Below, piece by piece: positions 38,926 through 42,692 of a DNA stretch of 42,692 bases. The stretch comes from Thiobacillus sp. GTDB taxonomy: Bacteria > Pseudomonadota > Gammaproteobacteria > Burkholderiales > Thiobacillaceae. The stretch lies in the NCBI GenBank assembly GCA_019911765.1, contig JAIOJU010000240.1, positions 1-42,692 of the forward strand, written 5' to 3'. The position numbers and the translations under genes were made by a program. Within the stretch, counting starts at the first letter, position 1; each line of letters starts with the position of its first letter. The notes beneath the pieces were generated by a model. The model saw only the letters and a program-made list of their open reading frames with translations, was not told the origin of the DNA and searched no databases.

Positions 38926-39891
38926 ATGAACACCTCTATCGACGCCAGCCTGATGCGTTCATCAGGCTATTCGATTCCTCAATCAGTGATCGCCTTTGGG
39001 GAAACCCTGGTCGATCAGTTTCGAGATCACAATGTGCTGGGCGGCGCGCCGTTCAATGTGGCGTGTCATCTGGTTGCAATGGGCTCACATCCGGTGCTGG
39101 TCACGCGCGCAGGAAAGGATGATCTCGGCGACCAGTTGCTGCAGGCAATGGAAACACACGGTCTCGACCGACGCGGGGTGCAGCGCGATCCGGGACGACC
39201 CACCGGGCGGGTCAAGGTGACCGAGACGGAGAGGGGGCATTCATTTCGCATCCTGTCCAACCAGGCTTACGACTACATCCATGCCAGTCTGGCGCGGCTG
39301 GTCGGAATGTCGGTGCATCCGCGGATGGTTTACTTCGGCACGCTGTCACAGCGAGGCAACTCGCGCCGTGCGCTTCGCGAGTTGCTTGGCACCGTCGATG
39401 CACGCGTTTTCCTGGATGTGAATCTGCGCGACCCCTGGGTGGATGCGGACACGTTGCGCTGGTCACTTCAGCAGGCAAGCGTGGTCAAGCTCAATGAGGA
39501 TGAACTGCTGCGCGTCTGTCACCTTCTTTCGCTTAAGACCGCCACGCCGGATATCTGTGCGGTCGAACTGATATCCGGCTTTGACCTGGAGCGACTGGTG
39601 GTGACCTGCGGCGCGGCCGGTGCCTGGTCGATCGACCGTGCCGGGCGTGTCGAGTCGGTAACCGGGCCGGCGCTGCCTGAGGTCGTCGATATCGCCGGGG
39701 CAGGTGACGGCTTTGCTGCGATTGTCATGCTTGGCATGCTTCGCGGGTGGTCCATCGTCGACCAGTTGGCACGTGCCGATACCTTTGCCCGGGCGTTATG
39801 CCAGGTTGAAGGTGCGGTCCCGTCCTCGAAGGATTTCTATCTCCCATTCATTCGTGACTGGCATCTCGAAGCAGATTTGACGCCTGTGTGA
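38926..39891 (+). CDS. PfkB family carbohydrate kinase (fructokinase-like)
   Basis: FGETLVD, GGAPFNVA, DVNLR, KLNEDE, DIAGAGDGF; GAGG RBS. Confidence 0.9.
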   Translation: MNTSIDASLMRSSGYSIPQSVIAFGETLVDQFRDHNVLGGAPFNVACHLVAMGSHPVLVTRAGKDDLGDQLLQAMETHGLDRRGVQRDPGRPTGRVKVTETERGHSFRILSNQAYDYIHASLARLVGMSVHPRMVYFGTLSQRGNSRRALRELLGTVDARVFLDVNLRDPWVDADTLRWSLQQASVVKLNEDELLRVCHLLSLKTATPDICAVELISGFDLERLVVTCGAAGAWSIDRAGRVESVTGPALPEVVDIAGAGDGFAAIVMLGMLRGWSIVDQLARADTFARALCQVEGAVPSSKDFYLPFIRDWHLEADLTPV

Positions 39892-39983
39892 GCGGGTGGT
39901 GCCGGGGCGCCATCAGATTGATGTCAGTCTTTGCGACTCCGTTTACAGATACCCACAACAGGCATTAACCGAGAAACTGGAAT

Positions 39984-40877
39984 ATGAATTATCTGAACAC
40001 GCTTCAAGCTCATCTTGGCGCATGGCACGGTCTGGCGATTACTGCGCTGCATGTGGCCATTATTCTGGGTTTGTCCTGGCTGGCGTTGCGGCTGTCGCGC
40101 AAGGCACTTGGACGGCTGCATCAGCACATGCAGCAGGATCTCGACGACCCCGAGCAAATCAAGCGGCTCAACACGCTGGAGCAGGTGTTTCGCTATATCG
40201 CTGCGGTGCTCATTACCCTGGTTACGGCGATGCTGGTGCTGAGCGAGGTTGGCATCTCGATCGCGCCCATTCTCGCAGCTGCGGGGGTGCTTGGCATTGC
40301 CATCGGCTTCGGCGCGCAAAGTCTGGTCAAGGACTATTTCACCGGCTTCTTCCTGCTGCTGGAGAACCAGGTGCGCCAGGGTGATGTGGTGGAAGTCGCC
40401 GGCAAGGGGGGGCTGGTCGAGGAAATGACGCTGCGCTACATCCGGCTGCGCGACTACGAAGGCAGCGTGCATTACATTCCCAATGGCACCATCGACACCG
40501 TCACCAACCGCAGCCGCAGCTTTGCCCATGCGGTGATCGACGTGGGCGTGGCTTACCGGGAAGACGTCGACGAAGTCTATGCCGTGATGCGTACCGTGGC
40601 GGCGGAACTGCGCGCCGATCCGGAACTGGCCGATAAGATTGTGGAAGATATTGAAATCGCCGGTGTCGACCAGTGGGGCGATTCCGCCGTGGTGATTCGC
40701 TGCCGCTTCAAGGTCAAGCCGCTGGAGCAGTGGGGCGTGCGCCGCGCCTATCTATACCGGCTGAAAAAGGCGTTTGACGCCTCCGGAATCGAGATACCCT
40801 ATCCGCACCTCACCGTGTATGCCGGGCAACCCAAGACGGGCCAGGCTGCACCTTTGCCCGTGGCGCTGCAGCGCTAG
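39984..40877 (+). CDS. MscS family mechanosensitive channel
   Basis: GIAIGFGAQSLVKDYFTGFFLLLENQVRQGDVV, IPNG, GIEIPYP. Confidence 0.94.
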   Translation: MNYLNTLQAHLGAWHGLAITALHVAIILGLSWLALRLSRKALGRLHQHMQQDLDDPEQIKRLNTLEQVFRYIAAVLITLVTAMLVLSEVGISIAPILAAAGVLGIAIGFGAQSLVKDYFTGFFLLLENQVRQGDVVEVAGKGGLVEEMTLRYIRLRDYEGSVHYIPNGTIDTVTNRSRSFAHAVIDVGVAYREDVDEVYAVMRTVAAELRADPELADKIVEDIEIAGVDQWGDSAVVIRCRFKVKPLEQWGVRRAYLYRLKKAFDASGIEIPYPHLTVYAGQPKTGQAAPLPVALQR

Positions 40878-42692
40878 TCAGTCAGATACTCCACCCATCA
40901 CTTGCTGCCATAGCGACCGCACCGCCTCGCGTACACTTTCCATCGCGGCAGGCGGCACCCGCGCGAATTCCGCGCCGCTCAGCTTGATCGCATGCTGCTG
41001 ACGGCGCAGTTCGCGGTAGGCGTCGGCGGCAGCCTCGGCAATGTCCACCGGGATCAGCCCGGCCGCTCCCGCGCGATGCAGCAACTTGATGTTGCCAAGA
41101 TTCTCCGTTAGTTGGGGATGCGCATGGCTATCCCGCAACACCAGATACTGCACGCAGAATTCAACGTCGACGATGCCGCCGTTGTCATGCTTGAGATCAA
41201 ACAATTCCGTGTTGTTGACGTGGCCGGCGTGCATCTTTTCGCGCATGGCCAGCACGTCTTCGCGCAGCTTGGCAGCGTCTCGCGTCTGGTGGAGCACTTC
41301 GCAGCGCAAGGCTTCAAAAGTCTCGCCTATCCGGGCGTCGCCGCAGACAAAGCGTGCACGCGACAGCGCCTGATGTTCCCAGACCCAGGCATGGTTCAAC
41401 TGGTAATCGCGAAAGGCTTCGGTCGAGCTGACCAGCAGGCCCGAGGCGCCATCCGGACGCAGGCGCAGATCGGTTTCGTACAACATCCCGGCCGGGGTCA
41501 GGGTGCCGAGCCAGGTGTTGATGCGCTGTGCCAGCCGCGCATAGGTGGCTTGAGCGTGCTCGTTGTCATCATCGTAGAGAAACACGATATCGAGGTCGGA
41601 TGCGTAGCCGAGCTCCTTGCCGCCGAGTTTTCCATAGCCGATGATCGCGAACTGCGGGCTGTCGCGGTGGCGTGTTTTCAGCCCGGCCCAGCAACGCGCG
41701 AGGGTCTCGGCGAGCAGCAGGTCGGCGAGATGGGACAGGTGGTCGGACAGATCTTCAACCGTGAGATGGCCGGCCACGTCCTGCGCCAGCAGGCGCAGGG
41801 TCTGCACCTGCTTGAAACGACGCAAGGCGTCCATCTGCGCTTCGGTGTCGCCGGGGTGTGCGTCGAGCTCTTCGTGCAACTGGGTGGCGCGTCGCTTCCA
41901 GTCGGGTACGCGCAGCAGGTGTTGCGGGGCGATCAGTTCATCCAGCAATTGCGGTTGACGCGTCAGCATTTGCGCCGCCCAGGGGCTCGCTGCCAGCAGC
42001 CGGACCAGTTGCAGCAAGGCCGCCGGATATTCAGCCAGCAGCGCCAGATAGGTGGAGCGGCGTGCAATCGCTTGCATCAGCGCGGCAAAGCGTTCCAATG
42101 TGGCTGACGGGTTGGTCTGGCTGCCAATGATTTCGAGCGCGGGCGGCAGCAGCGCATTGAGCCGCAGCTGGGTGGATTCGGCCAGATGTGCGGCATGGTG
42201 ATGCAGCGCGTCGAGTGTGGCCAGCACCCGTGCCGGATCGTCGTACCCTGCTTCTTCAAGCAAGGCGTGGAGGCTGTCGGGGTCCGTGGCTCCGGTAAGC
42301 ACGGCGGTAAGCGGGTGGCTGTTCTGGTCGGTTTGCGGCGCGGCAAACATCTGGTCGAAGTGGCGCGTCACCTTGTTGCGGTGTGTGTCGAGCTCGACGA
42401 TCAGTGCAGCGTAAGTTGGGAAATTCATTGCATCGGCCAGCATTGCCTGTGATTCTTCATCTTCTGGCAGCAACTGGGTTTGCGCGTCGTCCAGATATTG
42501 GATGCGGTGTTCCAGGCGGCGCAGAAAGTCGTAGGCGCGGGTGAGTTCCTGCTGCGCATTCGCCGTCATCAGTTCACTTCGGACCAGTTCGCCCAGCACG
42601 GTGAGGGCGGGGCGCTGCTGCAGGGCGGGAATCTGGCCGCCGCGGATAAGCTGGAACACATGCGCAGTGAATTCGATTTCGCGGATGCCACC
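40878..42692 (-). CDS. glnE: Glutamine synthetase adenylyltransferase/removase, C-terminal part (5' end beyond the window)
   Basis: Frame begins GGIREIEFTAHVFQLIRGG; RRLEHRIQ, GYGKLGGKELGYASDLD, DLRLRPDG, AWVWEHQAL, GGIVDVEF. Confidence 0.97.
   Translation of the reverse strand, partial: GGIREIEFTAHVFQLIRGGQIPALQQRPALTVLGELVRSELMTANAQQELTRAYDFLRRLEHRIQYLDDAQTQLLPEDEESQAMLADAMNFPTYAALIVELDTHRNKVTRHFDQMFAAPQTDQNSHPLTAVLTGATDPDSLHALLEEAGYDDPARVLATLDALHHHAAHLAESTQLRLNALLPPALEIIGSQTNPSATLERFAALMQAIARRSTYLALLAEYPAALLQLVRLLAASPWAAQMLTRQPQLLDELIAPQHLLRVPDWKRRATQLHEELDAHPGDTEAQMDALRRFKQVQTLRLLAQDVAGHLTVEDLSDHLSHLADLLLAETLARCWAGLKTRHRDSPQFAIIGYGKLGGKELGYASDLDIVFLYDDDNEHAQATYARLAQRINTWLGTLTPAGMLYETDLRLRPDGASGLLVSSTEAFRDYQLNHAWVWEHQALSRARFVCGDARIGETFEALRCEVLHQTRDAAKLREDVLAMREKMHAGHVNNTELFDLKHDNGGIVDVEFCVQYLVLRDSHAHPQLTENLGNIKLLHRAGAAGLIPVDIAEAAADAYRELRRQQHAIKLSGAEFARVPPAAMESVREAVRSLWQQVMGGVSD

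Overview
GC-rich bacterial chromosomal window; gene content and order suggest a betaproteobacterium, possibly Thiobacillus-like (inference). The left end (1-6945) is a core locus: spoT (partial)-rpoZ-gmk-yicC on the minus strand, divergent from a Ser/Thr kinase-PP2C phosphatase pair and rph-rdgB-hemW. An accessory-looking middle section follows: a SenA/EgtB-type sulfoxide/selenoxide synthase divergent from egtD (no senB/selD in the window), a USP, an AT-richer GT-C membrane glycosyltransferase, a catalytically degenerate pseudouridine synthase, a dienelactone hydrolase coupled to a GTP cyclohydrolase I paralog with a rewired active site, and several hypothetical genes. Next is an envelope-stress run (OmpA lipoprotein, NfeD, SPFH, YccA, TatD) and a ~20 kb ion-homeostasis cluster: Mrp A'CDEFG, SulP, a diguanylate cyclase with a sigma28-type promoter, a tandem USP, a Kef-type CPA2 antiporter plus a deleted relic paralog, CvrA/NhaP2, CaCA, an SPCA-like P-type ATPase, a PfkB kinase and MscS. 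The window ends in glnE (partial). Non-coding features include two 167-bp CTAG-bounded MITE copies, two CGCGAAG-triplet palindromic repeats, a 16-bp tandem duplication and a shared ECF-type promoter motif. No rRNA, tRNA, CRISPR array, transposase or integrase was seen. All calls come from motif reading by eye; no database searches were run.
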